A stretch of DNA of 64,000 nt. Origin: a virus (taxonomy: Duplodnaviria > Caudoviricetes). Positions 53,869 through 64,000 of this stretch are shown piece by piece (the stretch's first letter is position 1; every line of letters starts with the position of its first letter). Where the stretch lies: the IMG/VR virus record IMGVR_UViG_3300038345_000144; one strand, written 5' to 3'. The notes under the pieces are model-generated. The model worked only from the letters and a program-made list of their open reading frames with translations. It searched no databases and was not told the origin of the DNA. The translations under genes and the position numbers were made by a program.

Positions 53869-55029
53869 TTAAGTCGCTTGACTTTCTTCTTGTTCTTCTG
53901 TAACAACTGTTGTCTTCTCAAACGGGTTACTTGTAAGGAGTTTAGGGTCATAGATAGATACAATTCTGATAATACCGTTTCTACCCTTTCTATCCATAAA
54001 GAAGCAACAACCTTTCGGAAGTTTTGTTACTGATGACTCAATGGAGTCAAGGTCCATACCATATGCCGAGTCTTTATCGACGAATTTCTCCAAGAACAAA
54101 TGGGCTTCTTCAGCCGAAGACTTAAACATAAATTTAGAGGTGATATAGTTGGCAATACCATCAGGGAAGTGTGAAATACCCTGTGAAGCCAATACAGTTG
54201 CACAGTTAAGTGAACGACCAAGTGTTAAGAACTTGTCGATGACTCCCGCCATCTGCGGGTTACTGAACAATAAGTGAGCCTCATCACAGAAGAGTGTAGT
54301 AGGCACACGGCTCTCCAACTGTAAGATTTCAAGCAGTTTGCTGGTAACAATATAGATAATTGCAGAAGTCAAACGCTCGTTAGCGTCATAGGCTTCAGGC
54401 TTCTTATTGTAGTCAGGCATAGGGAGACCAAACAAGGTGATAACCATTGACTCTGTTTGTGATAACTGCATAGGCTTTGCTTCGCTTCTTGAACACAATA
54501 ACTTGTAGAAGTCGTTATCCTTGAACAGGTTAATCATAGAACCGACATTCTGGGCATCCAGATTATCTCTGGAGAGCAAGTAAGTAGCGACATCGTTAAG
54601 GTCGGCATAAGCATCTTCCAAACGAACCTTTTTACAGAAGTCCTGTACGATAGGTGTGATTTTGGTATATGCTTTCGGGTCTAACTTACCAGTACCAACC
54701 AAGATTTCTATGATAGTCATAATGGTTGCGGCATCAACATACTGTACCGTACCGTCAGGGTTAGTCTTCTTTAAGAACTCAAACGGATTTAACGCTCCGT
54801 CTGCGGCGTTACGCAAGTCGATTAACTTAATATTACGGTTAACATTGTATAATCGGTTAAAGTCGTTTTTAGGGTCAAGTACAATAACTCTCTGTCCCAT
54901 TCCCAAGCAGTTCGCCGCAAAATTCATCATCGCAAAGGTCTTACCACTACCTGGACTGCCTGTAACTACTGTACCTGGTGCGTCATTACACATATGAGCC
55001 GTTGTTGGCATCCAATTGATTGTTGACAT
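53869..55029 (-). CDS. VirB4/HerA-like ATPase
   Basis: GSPGSGKT, LDPKND, LNPF, CDEAH, GRSLN...ASQ. Confidence 0.85.
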   Translation of the reverse strand: MSTINWMPTTAHMCNDAPGTVVTGSPGSGKTFAMMNFAANCLGMGQRVIVLDPKNDFNRLYNVNRNIKLIDLRNAADGALNPFEFLKKTNPDGTVQYVDAATIMTIIEILVGTGKLDPKAYTKITPIVQDFCKKVRLEDAYADLNDVATYLLSRDNLDAQNVGSMINLFKDNDFYKLLCSRSEAKPMQLSQTESMVITLFGLPMPDYNKKPEAYDANERLTSAIIYIVTSKLLEILQLESRVPTTLFCDEAHLLFSNPQMAGVIDKFLTLGRSLNCATVLASQGISHFPDGIANYITSKFMFKSSAEEAHLFLEKFVDKDSAYGMDLDSIESSVTKLPKGCCFFMDRKGRNGIIRIVSIYDPKLLTSNPFEKTTVVTEEQEESQAT

Positions 55030-55054
55030 TTATACTCACATTCCTTTCTATAAG

Positions 55055-55264
55055 TTACTTTATTTTTTCATCACAACGATAAAGAACAATCGGCAGGCTG
55101 TCGTCGTGATTTTTGCGAACTACATAGTCCACTCCAAAAATGTTGACAATGCCTGTCGAATAAGCAATTCCCCCACCTGGTTGCCCAATAACTAATGACG
55201 GTTGCTCATTTATTTTTACATTTACTGGGTTCCATTTTAGTGCCATAAAGTAAATTCCTTTCAA
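55055..55264 (-). CDS. Short ORF resembling the N-terminus of the adjacent ATPase
   Basis: LKWNP...VIGQPGGG vs INWMP...VTGSPGSG. Confidence 0.5.
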   Translation of the reverse strand: MKGIYFMALKWNPVNVKINEQPSLVIGQPGGGIAYSTGIVNIFGVDYVVRKNHDDSLPIVLYRCDEKIK

Positions 55265-55298
55265 CTAAATATAATTATAACTGTTTATTTGTAAAGAC

Positions 55299-55658
55299 TC
55301 AATCAAATATTTCTCTCTGACGAGAGCCTTTATCTAAAACAGCAACTCTTAAACAATTTTCATTAAGACGCTTGGAAAGCATATTAAGAAAAGTAAAACT
55401 ATCTTCAGGAAGTTCTTTTGCTTCACCGAATTTTACTGTATCAATATTGCCGTCATCAACCTTAAAATCCCTGTGATAAAAGGCTTTATACTTATAACAA
55501 TCTTCTTCTGGTAACTCTTTTTTGTCTTGATACTCTTTGACGGTTTTATTCCAGCATTTTTCAAAAACGCCACCAACGCCACCCTCAATATAAGGACTCC
55601 AGCCGTCCATAGTTACTATGGAAACACTATATAAAACAGTTATAAATGTAGTTGCCAT
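55299..55658 (-). CDS. Hypothetical protein
   Basis: AAAGGAG RBS. Confidence 0.6.
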   Translation of the reverse strand: MATTFITVLYSVSIVTMDGWSPYIEGGVGGVFEKCWNKTVKEYQDKKELPEEDCYKYKAFYHRDFKVDDGNIDTVKFGEAKELPEDSFTFLNMLSKRLNENCLRVAVLDKGSRQREIFD

Positions 55659-55673
55659 AATATTTTCTCCTTT

Positions 55674-56048
55674 TTATTCCTCATAGTCCTCGGTAAAGGC
55701 TTCAAAAGTCTCTTTTAATTGGGCTACATTTATACCAATAATAAGAGACATATTTAGTTTTCCTGTTTCAATGTCTGCTGACTCTAATTTAATCTCTCCA
55801 CTATCAAAATCAGCATTTTCCACCAAACTAACGCCCAGTTCTGTGCCTACATCGTAGTCTCTTGGATGTTTGGACACCCAATCATATAAGGCTTTGGAAA
55901 ATTCATCATCTTCTTTGGAAATAGCCTCACAAAGACCCTCAAGGTCGTTGTCTAAAATATCTGCTAAATCTTGTTCAATCGCATCTTCAAAATCACGACC
56001 ATACATATATTTAATGTAATCAAAAAACTTGAGTTTATATTGAACCAT
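55674..56048 (-). CDS. Acidic hypothetical protein
   Basis: AAGGAG RBS. Confidence 0.6.
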   Translation of the reverse strand: MVQYKLKFFDYIKYMYGRDFEDAIEQDLADILDNDLEGLCEAISKEDDEFSKALYDWVSKHPRDYDVGTELGVSLVENADFDSGEIKLESADIETGKLNMSLIIGINVAQLKETFEAFTEDYEE

Positions 56049-56060
56049 AATTTATTCTCC

Positions 56061-57119
56061 TTAATCAGTCGGAAGGGCTTTTACTTTGACGCAGTGTGTT
56101 ACATCAGCGTCGCCTTCCCAGTGCTTTTCTGTTATGCTTACTTCGTTCCAGCCACTATAATAACGAGTGATGTCTTTTTCCAGTACACCGTCAAGAATAT
56201 CCTTAATCAAGACGCTGTACCAACCAGCACTCTCAATAGCCCTGTGTGAAGAATTGCTATACGACTGGTAACTCTTTTCACGGAATAATACCAACTGGTC
56301 TATATCCTGATATATACCAGTAAGTCTTTCCTTGAGGTCAGCCAAGTCTTCCTTTTTCTTTTCAGATAATTCACCCCAAGTGATGTCTTTCCACGGACGA
56401 GCCTTGATTTCCTCAAGTTCCTTTTGCTCTTTCTCCTGACGGGCTTTTTCAGCCTGTTCTTCACGGAGTTTCTGGGCGTAAAGCCTATGCTGTAAGCATA
56501 AATCACCGTACTCATCGTCAGTAATCTGCTCAATAAGGTTATACTCCATATCGAACTTCAAATACCAAGAAATATTAGATGAGCCGTAGTTAGAAATACC
56601 ATAAGTTAATGTCTTATCTGGGGATTTTGAGCAGTACAAATAGACTACTCGGATTTCTTTTTCAGCAATCTCCTGTTCGGAGTAACTGATTTCCCATTTA
56701 GGATTACCTAATTCCAGTGCTTTTAACTGGGCTTCCAGATTTTCCTTAATAACAGCCAATTTAGTGCCTTCAATCTGGAATTTTCCTGCTTTGATAGCGT
56801 CCTGAATGATATTCTTATCAAATACTTCCTGCACGGTAGTTGCTTTGATAGAGTATCTGGGAGTACCATCTCGCTTATCTTCGTATGCAGTCAGTTCACA
56901 GGAGATGATTTTATATCCTTCAGAAAAACTCTTCTTGATTTCAACCTTTTCTCCTGCGACCAACTTTGCACAGTCTTCCTCGGTTAACTCCAATTCAGAC
57001 TTCTTGAAATTCTTTTTGTACGGTGTCCAGTCAGGTATCGTCTGTAAAGATACCCTTTTTACAGTACCATTATCAGTCCATTCGTAATAAGTTCCATATT
57101 GTCCATTCTTAATAGGCAT
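56061..57119 (-). CDS. Hypothetical protein
   Basis: 352 aa, AAAGGAG RBS. Confidence 0.7.
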   Translation of the reverse strand: MPIKNGQYGTYYEWTDNGTVKRVSLQTIPDWTPYKKNFKKSELELTEEDCAKLVAGEKVEIKKSFSEGYKIISCELTAYEDKRDGTPRYSIKATTVQEVFDKNIIQDAIKAGKFQIEGTKLAVIKENLEAQLKALELGNPKWEISYSEQEIAEKEIRVVYLYCSKSPDKTLTYGISNYGSSNISWYLKFDMEYNLIEQITDDEYGDLCLQHRLYAQKLREEQAEKARQEKEQKELEEIKARPWKDITWGELSEKKKEDLADLKERLTGIYQDIDQLVLFREKSYQSYSNSSHRAIESAGWYSVLIKDILDGVLEKDITRYYSGWNEVSITEKHWEGDADVTHCVKVKALPTD

Positions 57120-57206
57120 TTTGAAAATCTCCTTTAACTCTAATTATTACAAATCCTCTGCTTGTCAATACTGTAATATTATAACACAATTAGCAAAAAA
57201 CTGTAA

Positions 57207-58208
57207 TTACTCGTACATCTTTAAGTACCACTTGTGGTTGTTCAAATCACCAACTGCTCTTGGGATATTTCTGTTCTCAATAGCGGAAATACCTGCATTG
57301 GAGAGTTTGATATACATATCGAAAGGTGCGTCAATATAAACTCTGTGCAAACTTCTGCAACGGAACTGAACAGCACACTTGTCATTATCAGCCCAAGTAA
57401 TCTGCTGGATTTCGATTTCCTCAAGAACCTCTGGGTGCTTGTCTCTCAAACTCTTCTCAACAATAGCAATCTGCTCCTGCTCTGGCTTGCCTTTGATACT
57501 ATCAAAGTTGTTACGGTCAACATAAGTGTAGATACCGCAGTAGTTATACTTGAGGTACTCTTCTACTCTGTTTTCCTCGATGATGTCCTCAATCTTGTGG
57601 ACTAAAGCAATATTACCAGTAACATTGAATGAAGACTGCTCCATAAGTCTCAAATCACCCTTATCGTTAAAACGGTCAAACTGGGCATTGTACTTGGTGA
57701 TTTCTTCTACTAACTTCTGGTTGACAATCCTCATATCAACGCCAATGTAGAATACGCCATTGTGACCAACATACCAGTCAGTAACCTCGCCGTCAGGGAG
57801 CAAGTTAATCAATTTTGCTGAAACAACCTGCATATTGTCTCTGGTGTTAATGATAACGATTTTACCATTATCTCTACTAATCAGACCAGAAAACATAACT
57901 CTCCAGTCGTCAAAACGGCTATTACCACCGCCACCTTCCTGAATTTCGAGTGTAATCTCGCCATTCTCAAAAGTAACCTTGTTGATTGCTGTGTTAAAGC
58001 AGTCCATACGACAGTTGTAGAGCAAGTCCTTGAAAGACCTATAATCCTCAAAGACATCATACTCCCTCTCACTCTTTGTATCACAAATTGTACGCTCTAA
58101 ATCCAAGATACTCTGGTGAAGCGGGGTGTCATTGTTGATTTTGATGTTAATGTCATTACCACGCTCTTTAGTGTCGTACAACTGGATAAATTCTCCTAAA
58201 TTAAGCAT
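57207..58208 (-). CDS. Hypothetical protein
   Basis: 333 aa, AAAGGAG RBS. Confidence 0.7.
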   Translation of the reverse strand: MLNLGEFIQLYDTKERGNDINIKINNDTPLHQSILDLERTICDTKSEREYDVFEDYRSFKDLLYNCRMDCFNTAINKVTFENGEITLEIQEGGGGNSRFDDWRVMFSGLISRDNGKIVIINTRDNMQVVSAKLINLLPDGEVTDWYVGHNGVFYIGVDMRIVNQKLVEEITKYNAQFDRFNDKGDLRLMEQSSFNVTGNIALVHKIEDIIEENRVEEYLKYNYCGIYTYVDRNNFDSIKGKPEQEQIAIVEKSLRDKHPEVLEEIEIQQITWADNDKCAVQFRCRSLHRVYIDAPFDMYIKLSNAGISAIENRNIPRAVGDLNNHKWYLKMYE

Positions 58209-58222
58209 AACTTATTCTCCTT

Positions 58223-58597
58223 TTACTCTAACTCAAACTTGTAAATGGTATTGAACTGTAACAAGCCACAAATCTTTGCAACCCAACGGTAAACATTGTT
58301 GCTGAACAAGTCATCACAACCAGCGTTCTCGGTAAGGTCGTAAGCAGGAAGGTGTATCATTTCCAATGTAACCTTTACAGTAAACGGGTCAGTAGGATAG
58401 GTCTTTGGCTGTTCTGCTACATTCAAAACAACATAGCCCATCTCATTTCCACCACCGTAAGGAATGTTGAAACGAATTTTACAACCGTTAACGCCCTCCT
58501 GAATAATAGGGTCCAAACCTGTGTCGCCTGCCAATAACGGTGCTAATCCGTCCTCATACGCCTTTGCCTTTGTCTTGTACTTAATCGGTGTTGCCAT
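58223..58597 (-). CDS. Hypothetical protein
   Basis: AAGGAGG RBS. Confidence 0.65.
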   Translation of the reverse strand: MATPIKYKTKAKAYEDGLAPLLAGDTGLDPIIQEGVNGCKIRFNIPYGGGNEMGYVVLNVAEQPKTYPTDPFTVKVTLEMIHLPAYDLTENAGCDDLFSNNVYRWVAKICGLLQFNTIYKFELE

Positions 58598-58636
58598 AAA
58601 AAATTTTCCTCCTTAAATGTAATTTATTTGTAATAT

Positions 58637-59125
58637 TTATTCTTCCGCAAAGTCCCTTATCGGGTCATCATCAAAATAAATACTGTAACGATGTCCATTT
58701 GAGAGATTGAACTCAAAAGGATTTTCATTATAACCGTCAGTAATCTGTCCTCTGGTCTCATTAGCCATAATATCCAATTCTTGCTGTGTGAGAGGCTCCT
58801 CGGATAAGATTTCTACATAACCCTTCTGGGTATTCTTCAAAAACCAGTTCCAACCCTTGATTTTCTTGTCCATCTCAACGGGAACTTCCTTCCAAAATCT
58901 ATCCCTGACACACTTGTGAAAACACTTGTTAATTGAGGGATTGAAATACTTGCCTGTTCTAAAAATCTCATTAACTTCGGCTACATCGTCAGCCTTCATA
59001 ACAGGACTGCTATGATACGAGTAATATGCAACATATCTATACATTTTTTTAATCCTCCATAAGTCTGTCAATGTCAAACCATACAGGAATGACATACCTG
59101 ATAATCTTACCGCCGTCATCAACAT
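58637..59125 (-). CDS. Hypothetical protein (start probably MYRYV)
   Basis: GGAGG before MYRYV. Confidence 0.6.
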   Translation of the reverse strand: MLMTAVRLSGMSFLYGLTLTDLWRIKKMYRYVAYYSYHSSPVMKADDVAEVNEIFRTGKYFNPSINKCFHKCVRDRFWKEVPVEMDKKIKGWNWFLKNTQKGYVEILSEEPLTQQELDIMANETRGQITDGYNENPFEFNLSNGHRYSIYFDDDPIRDFAEE

Positions 59126-59372
59126 AGGCAGTTAACTGTTCCATATCCACCGTTATATACTTCATAATGAACTCAATACCTAAACTCTTGTAGATATTGT
59201 ATATCTCAATGTCGTCATCTTCGGTCAAATCTCCATCTTCATAGAAGCAGATATATTCCTCCGAAAAAGCCTCATCAAGAGTATCTTGTACGGTGTCCAT
59301 AAAGTCCTCTGCCTTGACAAAAACCTGGTTAACAGGTAGGGCGGCGATTAAGTTGTAAGTAAATCCAGCCAT
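59049..59372 (-). CDS. Acidic hypothetical protein
   Basis: GAGGAGG RBS. Confidence 0.6.
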   Translation of the reverse strand: MAGFTYNLIAALPVNQVFVKAEDFMDTVQDTLDEAFSEEYICFYEDGDLTEDDDIEIYNIYKSLGIEFIMKYITVDMEQLTAYVDDGGKIIRYVIPVWFDIDRLMED

Positions 59373-59373
59373 A

Positions 59374-59649
59374 TCAGCCCTCCTCTAACTCTAAAGCCAT
59401 ATACTTTCTGGCATTAAACTGCTCTCCTGCTTCCTCACCAAATTCCTCTGCAATAAAGGACTTGATATGTGACATTGTGGTAGTAGTTGGAGCGTCTGTG
59501 TCCCAATGTCTATGGAGTTTTCTCTCTGGGTCAATAGACAATACCAATGTGTTATAAGAATATAACTTTCTGGTTCCGTCTGGAGTAATGTCTACAAAAG
59601 CCTTGCCATAAAAAGACTTTCTTCCATTGTGTGGTCTTAATTCGTACAT
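59374..59649 (-). CDS. Conserved small phage protein
   Basis: RKSFYGKA...LYSYNT...TTMSHIKSF. Confidence 0.7.
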   Translation of the reverse strand: MYELRPHNGRKSFYGKAFVDITPDGTRKLYSYNTLVLSIDPERKLHRHWDTDAPTTTTMSHIKSFIAEEFGEEAGEQFNARKYMALELEEG

Positions 59650-59660
59650 AGTAATCTCCT

Positions 59661-59876
59661 TTACTTGATGTCTTCTGCTAAATAACGCTCAACTGCCTTA
59701 CCAACATCTTCTACGCTGTCAACCTTGTAAACAATCTGGTTAGTACCACCGTCTTCACCCATAATCAAAGCAATAAACTTGCCGTCATCAGTAGGGTTGA
59801 TGCCAATATGAATTAACAATTCCTCGGAGGCTCCTGCTTCCTGCCAAACTTCTGAAATCTTTTTAGCCATAATCAT
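59661..59876 (-). CDS. Hypothetical protein
   Basis: AAAGGAG RBS. Confidence 0.6.
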   Translation of the reverse strand: MIMAKKISEVWQEAGASEELLIHIGINPTDDGKFIALIMGEDGGTNQIVYKVDSVEDVGKAVERYLAEDIK

Positions 59877-60304
59877 TCTCCTTTAGCCTTTTTGTAAAGT
59901 TTCATTCCTGCTATTTTGTCATCAGACTCGGCTATGTCAGCAGACTTTACGCTGTTCATCCATACCCATCTGATTGTTCCCGTGCTGTAATCATAGACAT
60001 ATAAATACTTTTCCCAGTTTAAGTGTTCCAAGTAAATCTCAATTACTGCAAACTTAAAGTCATCAATGATACAAGCCCTTCTTGTAGGAATATCGTAGAT
60101 GTCTTCATCTTCATCACTGTCATACCACATCTCGATACTATCCTTAAAACGATTTGTCGTCGTATTGAACGCCGCCTCATAAAACTTGTTTAGCGATGGA
60201 TGGTCGGTCAAAATTGTCCCATCGCTGGCAATAACACAAATATTTATCTCAATTTTGTGTTCTTCTTGGTCTAAAATATCGGTCCAAGTCTGTAATAAGC
60301 CCAT
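59873..60304 (-). CDS. Hypothetical protein
   Basis: AAAGGAG RBS. Confidence 0.6.
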   Translation of the reverse strand: MGLLQTWTDILDQEEHKIEINICVIASDGTILTDHPSLNKFYEAAFNTTTNRFKDSIEMWYDSDEDEDIYDIPTRRACIIDDFKFAVIEIYLEHLNWEKYLYVYDYSTGTIRWVWMNSVKSADIAESDDKIAGMKLYKKAKGE

Positions 60305-60314
60305 AAATTCTCCT

Positions 60315-60875
60315 TTACCAACTCCAGTTTATTTCGCCCTGACAGTATTTCCAATGCTTCTGAATATCCTTAACACGAACACCTTTCAGGTGGGCAATAT
60401 CGAATAATGCGTTGGTAATGATATTGTCTGCTCCTTCTCCGAAAAAGTCTTCATCTCTCGGAGGTGCATCTTCTTCATCACTTACAGCGTCACATCTTAT
60501 TCTAATATAAGACCCCCAACCATTGTTCGCATTATCGTCCCATTCAACCTCCATAGCATTAAAGAAAGAAACAAGACAGCACTCGCTCATAGCGTCCAAT
60601 AAAGGCTTCTCGTTCCCTAAAATAGCACCTACCAACGAACCAATCTTATTGCTGTAATAAGTACGGATAGCACCACTTACCCTTATCTGCTTGCTTTCCA
60701 TTTCATCATCTCTGGGAACCTGGTCAAACAGGGAAGCACCCTTATATTTTCTGATTGCCTCTAACTCTGCCATATCTTTAACATAGCCGTTCTTGATTAA
60801 ATACTCATCAGCATCGTGCCACTCGTCGGTAAATTCCAACGGTATGACTATATTTAAGGTTTCTCTAAAAATCAT
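60315..60875 (-). CDS. Hypothetical protein
   Basis: AAGGAG RBS. Confidence 0.65.
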   Translation of the reverse strand: MIFRETLNIVIPLEFTDEWHDADEYLIKNGYVKDMAELEAIRKYKGASLFDQVPRDDEMESKQIRVSGAIRTYYSNKIGSLVGAILGNEKPLLDAMSECCLVSFFNAMEVEWDDNANNGWGSYIRIRCDAVSDEEDAPPRDEDFFGEGADNIITNALFDIAHLKGVRVKDIQKHWKYCQGEINWSW

Positions 60876-60886
60876 ATCAACTCTCC

Positions 60887-61633
60887 TTAAAAGGTTGTAA
60901 GTAATTTGTAATACTGCTCGGCTAATCCTTGTCTTTGGTGGTTCAACAAATCCCAGCAGGACTTATCAGCCCTTAAAGCCTCACCCTCGGCATATAACTT
61001 CTGCCTGAATTGAGCATCAGTCTTTACTGGAGTGACATCTGTAAACCAGCCAACTCTCATCAAAGTTCTGTCGTCTTTATCCATCTCATAGCGGAATACT
61101 GGATTACCGTAGAGATTGAAGTTAATTCTGCCATTAGGGGCTGGAGGCATAATACGAGCCACTCCCAGTCGTAAGAAATCACATCTGAACTTCAATAACG
61201 ACCAGTAAGGTTCCAGTTTGTCTTTCTGGTTAGCATAATAAGCCAACCTGTTACCAGAAACATAACCAATAAGCCCAGAAGCAAAATCCTCATCAGCACA
61301 GATGTACTTGAAACACATATCAGCAGTCTTGCCAGTATAGTCAAGAGCAAACCTGTCCATAAAGATATAATATCTGGCTAACTCATAACGGTCATAGTCC
61401 TTACCAGAGTCCTCAATCATTCTCAAAATATCAATTGACTTATCTGACAGGTTCTTGGTCTCAAAATTAGCATCTCGGAGTATCAGTTTAATCAGATAGT
61501 TGATTTCATCAGCCCCGTGTTCATATACCAATTTCTTAATTTCAGCCTCATCGTGAGTTTTCCAAACGGCTTCGGTAAGTTGAATGGAATTTATAATCTT
61601 ACCGCCGTCTTTCTTTTTGAAGTTAAAAAACAT
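60887..61633 (-). CDS. Hypothetical protein
   Basis: AAGGAG RBS. Confidence 0.65.
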   Translation of the reverse strand: MFFNFKKKDGGKIINSIQLTEAVWKTHDEAEIKKLVYEHGADEINYLIKLILRDANFETKNLSDKSIDILRMIEDSGKDYDRYELARYYIFMDRFALDYTGKTADMCFKYICADEDFASGLIGYVSGNRLAYYANQKDKLEPYWSLLKFRCDFLRLGVARIMPPAPNGRINFNLYGNPVFRYEMDKDDRTLMRVGWFTDVTPVKTDAQFRQKLYAEGEALRADKSCWDLLNHQRQGLAEQYYKLLTTF

Positions 61634-61645
61634 ACCCAGTTCTCC

Positions 61646-62014
61646 TTAAACTAAATAAGCATCAACGAGGTCATCTATTGAGTTTAATCCCTCATTCTTG
61701 GCAAATTCTTCCATTAACTCCTTAAACATAGACTGTTCCTCGTCGGTAAGTTCCCAGTCATTCTCACAATCCCAGTCACCATCAGGTTTTGAGATGTTGT
61801 AATAGGAGGTAATCTTCTTTGTAATCTTGTTATATCTTACATAGAAGTCTACCCAGTCGGTCTCTGACTCATCGGTATCTGTACCAAAGTAATAGTCATA
61901 ATTGACCTCTAAACATACAAAGAAATCAACATAACCGTCATCATATCCATAAGGGTCTTGGATTTTTACTCTATCTTTTGTTAGTTCAACTCGTCTTGGC
62001 TGTGACATAAGCAT
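61646..62014 (-). CDS. Acidic hypothetical protein
   Basis: GAGGAG RBS. Confidence 0.6.
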   Translation of the reverse strand: MLMSQPRRVELTKDRVKIQDPYGYDDGYVDFFVCLEVNYDYYFGTDTDESETDWVDFYVRYNKITKKITSYYNISKPDGDWDCENDWELTDEEQSMFKELMEEFAKNEGLNSIDDLVDAYLV

Positions 62015-62081
62015 ATTCTCCTCATACTACATATTGTGGGATGATTAACCACTTTTACTAAAAACACACAATATATTGTGT

Positions 62082-62276
62082 TTATCTTCTGTTATTATCT
62101 GCTACACTCAATAAGCACCAATACTTATCCTGTGCAAACTTTTCTTTAGTTCGCTCGATTGCTGTATTCAAAGCGTCCTGCCAAGCATCAGCAAACGGCT
62201 TAACACTAAAGAACTCCTCGTACTCTTTTTCACCTGTTTTCTGGTTCAAGAAAGTAATCATAAAGTGAAATCCCAT
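62082..62276 (-). CDS. Hypothetical protein
   Basis: AAAGGAG RBS. Confidence 0.55.
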   Translation of the reverse strand: MGFHFMITFLNQKTGEKEYEEFFSVKPFADAWQDALNTAIERTKEKFAQDKYWCLLSVADNNRR

Positions 62277-62288
62277 ACTGCTTCTCCT

Positions 62289-63188
62289 TTAATCTTCCGT
62301 TATCCAACCTTTAGACAGGGAGCCGTCCTCATAAAGAACGGTATAGCCCAAGTCTGGTCGTGTATGCTGTAAAAACTTCTTTGCTTCTTCTTTGGTAGCA
62401 ACTATATGCTGTGGTTGAACACAGAAACAGGCTCTTTTGAGAGTAATTCTCATATTGTAAGGCAGTTCAATATCTCCCTGACAGCCATACACATAAGGTA
62501 CGGGCAGTTTCAGGTTGTATAAATCCTTAAAAGCAACATACAAGTCTGGTTCGTGCTGTAACTCATTGATTTTAGTGTGTTTTACGCCTATTTTCTCCAT
62601 AGTGGTCAAAAATTCATCTAACTTTTTACGGGTATCAATATAGCCCCTGACCAAATTGATAGATACTCGGACCTTATCAGCATACTTGGTGCAAATCTTC
62701 TCCAAAAGTTTAATCCTGTTAAACTTACTGGTAGCGTGTAGCACTTCGTTATTGATTTTCCAGTCATAGTGCTGTAAAGACACATTCAGGCAAGTAATGT
62801 TATCCATTATTTGCTCAAATATAGCATAATCTTGCTGTATGGCAATATGTAAAGATGTCGTGATATAGATGTTTTTTACAAAGGGCTTAATCCCAGTAAC
62901 ATACTCCAAAAGGGCAGTCGGATTTAGCATTGGTTCGCCGCCCAGTATGAGAATATCAGTTTTACCTGATAATTTTGTGGCTTCTATCATTTTAGGCACA
63001 TTCTGGGGCTTCCCAGTAATACCCTTACGCTCAATGCAGAATTCACAACGGTTATCACACGCCTTTGTAAATCTAACATCTAACGAGTCTTTATAAATCC
63101 CGTCGCAACTGTTTAATCTTGAATACATATTATTAGTGACAGTTTGTGCTATCGTTGACATCGTGACTTCCCCAGTGACATCTCTCAT
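62289..63188 (-). CDS. Radical SAM protein
   Basis: CDNRCEFC (CxxxCxxC), LGGEP, NVSLQH. Confidence 0.88.
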   Translation of the reverse strand: MRDVTGEVTMSTIAQTVTNNMYSRLNSCDGIYKDSLDVRFTKACDNRCEFCIERKGITGKPQNVPKMIEATKLSGKTDILILGGEPMLNPTALLEYVTGIKPFVKNIYITTSLHIAIQQDYAIFEQIMDNITCLNVSLQHYDWKINNEVLHATSKFNRIKLLEKICTKYADKVRVSINLVRGYIDTRKKLDEFLTTMEKIGVKHTKINELQHEPDLYVAFKDLYNLKLPVPYVYGCQGDIELPYNMRITLKRACFCVQPQHIVATKEEAKKFLQHTRPDLGYTVLYEDGSLSKGWITED

Positions 63189-63588
63189 TTACTGCTGAAT
63201 AATTACGGGAACTATTGCTACTATTGCTGTATCTTTCTTCCATAAGTTTTCTGTTGCGGGCTTCGTTGGACTGGTTGTTTCTCTTATAAATGAGGTCAAC
63301 CTTTTCTACGATTTCTTCCAGAATGTCTGAATAGTAACTTGCTACAAACTCATACATCTCGTCATCATCAAGTAAATCAGGGTCTTTTCCGTGTGTCCTG
63401 ATAAATCTATTAACCACGCCAGCAAATTCTTTAGCATCATAGTACCAGCACTCGACTACATCTTCGGACAAAGGCTTCTCTACCTTTATATACTTACCGT
63501 ATTTTTTAGAGTCACCAATGATAAAGGCTGTGCCTCTCCAATGACTTTCGCTGTCTTTAATAGCAGTCGTTCTATTATAATAAGCCAT
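63133..63588 (-). CDS. Hypothetical protein
   Basis: AAGGAG RBS. Confidence 0.6.
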   Translation of the reverse strand: MAYYNRTTAIKDSESHWRGTAFIIGDSKKYGKYIKVEKPLSEDVVECWYYDAKEFAGVVNRFIRTHGKDPDLLDDDEMYEFVASYYSDILEEIVEKVDLIYKRNNQSNEARNRKLMEERYSNSSNSSRNYSAVNERCHWGSHDVNDSTNCH

Positions 63589-63600
63589 AATTTATACTCC

Positions 63601-63957
63601 TTAAATTGAATGTTCTGCGGATAGATGTCGGACAAACTCCACCTGATTTTGTGTCAGATTATCCAACTGCTTTTGAACTTCGGCAATCCTTTTCTCTCTA
63701 AAGGACTTTAAGGCACATTCAACAAAAGACCTATCGGTTGAATAAATAGCCCAATTGCCTCCTGTTAACTTCTTAACTACCTCAACTTCTCGGTTCCAGT
63801 CAATATATCTGGTGCTATACAGGTCGCTTAAAAATATAGGAGTGCAAACATAATTATTACCACGCTCATCTTGTAAGATGTCATAAGAGTATATGGAAAA
63901 ACTTTCGCACTCTGCGTCATAAAAACCGCCGTATAAAATTCCAACTGGCTCGCTCAT
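63601..63957 (-). CDS. Hypothetical protein
   Basis: AGGAGG RBS. Confidence 0.6.
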   Translation of the reverse strand: MSEPVGILYGGFYDAECESFSIYSYDILQDERGNNYVCTPIFLSDLYSTRYIDWNREVEVVKKLTGGNWAIYSTDRSFVECALKSFREKRIAEVQKQLDNLTQNQVEFVRHLSAEHSI

Positions 63958-64000
63958 AATTGCCTCCTATTATCTTCTAAATGTACTTAATAAAAATAAC

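Overview
Segment of a large (jumbo-type) phage genome, almost all on the minus strand, with sigma-A-type promoters and GGAG ribosome-binding sites that suggest a Firmicutes host (inference). About 11.1-30.9 kb is an RNA island. It holds 45 recognisable tRNAs covering all 20 amino acids, a tmRNA, several degenerate or 'cargo-carrying' tRNA-like RNAs and at least 12 compact pseudoknots. It also holds a TROVE/DUF2828-vWA (Ro60-like) gene with a family of six Y-RNA-like elements (consensus RAGACNY-AYACAGCAA-[cargo]-GNGTCTY-GT). Five of these clearly carry a tRNA anticodon stem-loop (Ile, Ile, Asp, Cys, Lys), and one of the five is also a YrlA-type circularly permuted tRNA. Next to the island are an RNA-repair module (Rnl1-type ligase, Pnk/HD), a ~600-nt stand-alone structured ncRNA and a replication module (PolA, clamp, clamp loader, dUTPase). 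The rest is a MoxR/vWA pair, VirB4/HerA-like ATPases, a radical SAM protein and many small hypothetical genes. The leading candidate for a new system is the Ro60-like protein plus anticodon-displaying Y-like RNAs, possibly a decoy or repair counter to host anticodon nucleases. All structures were folded by eye and no database search was run.
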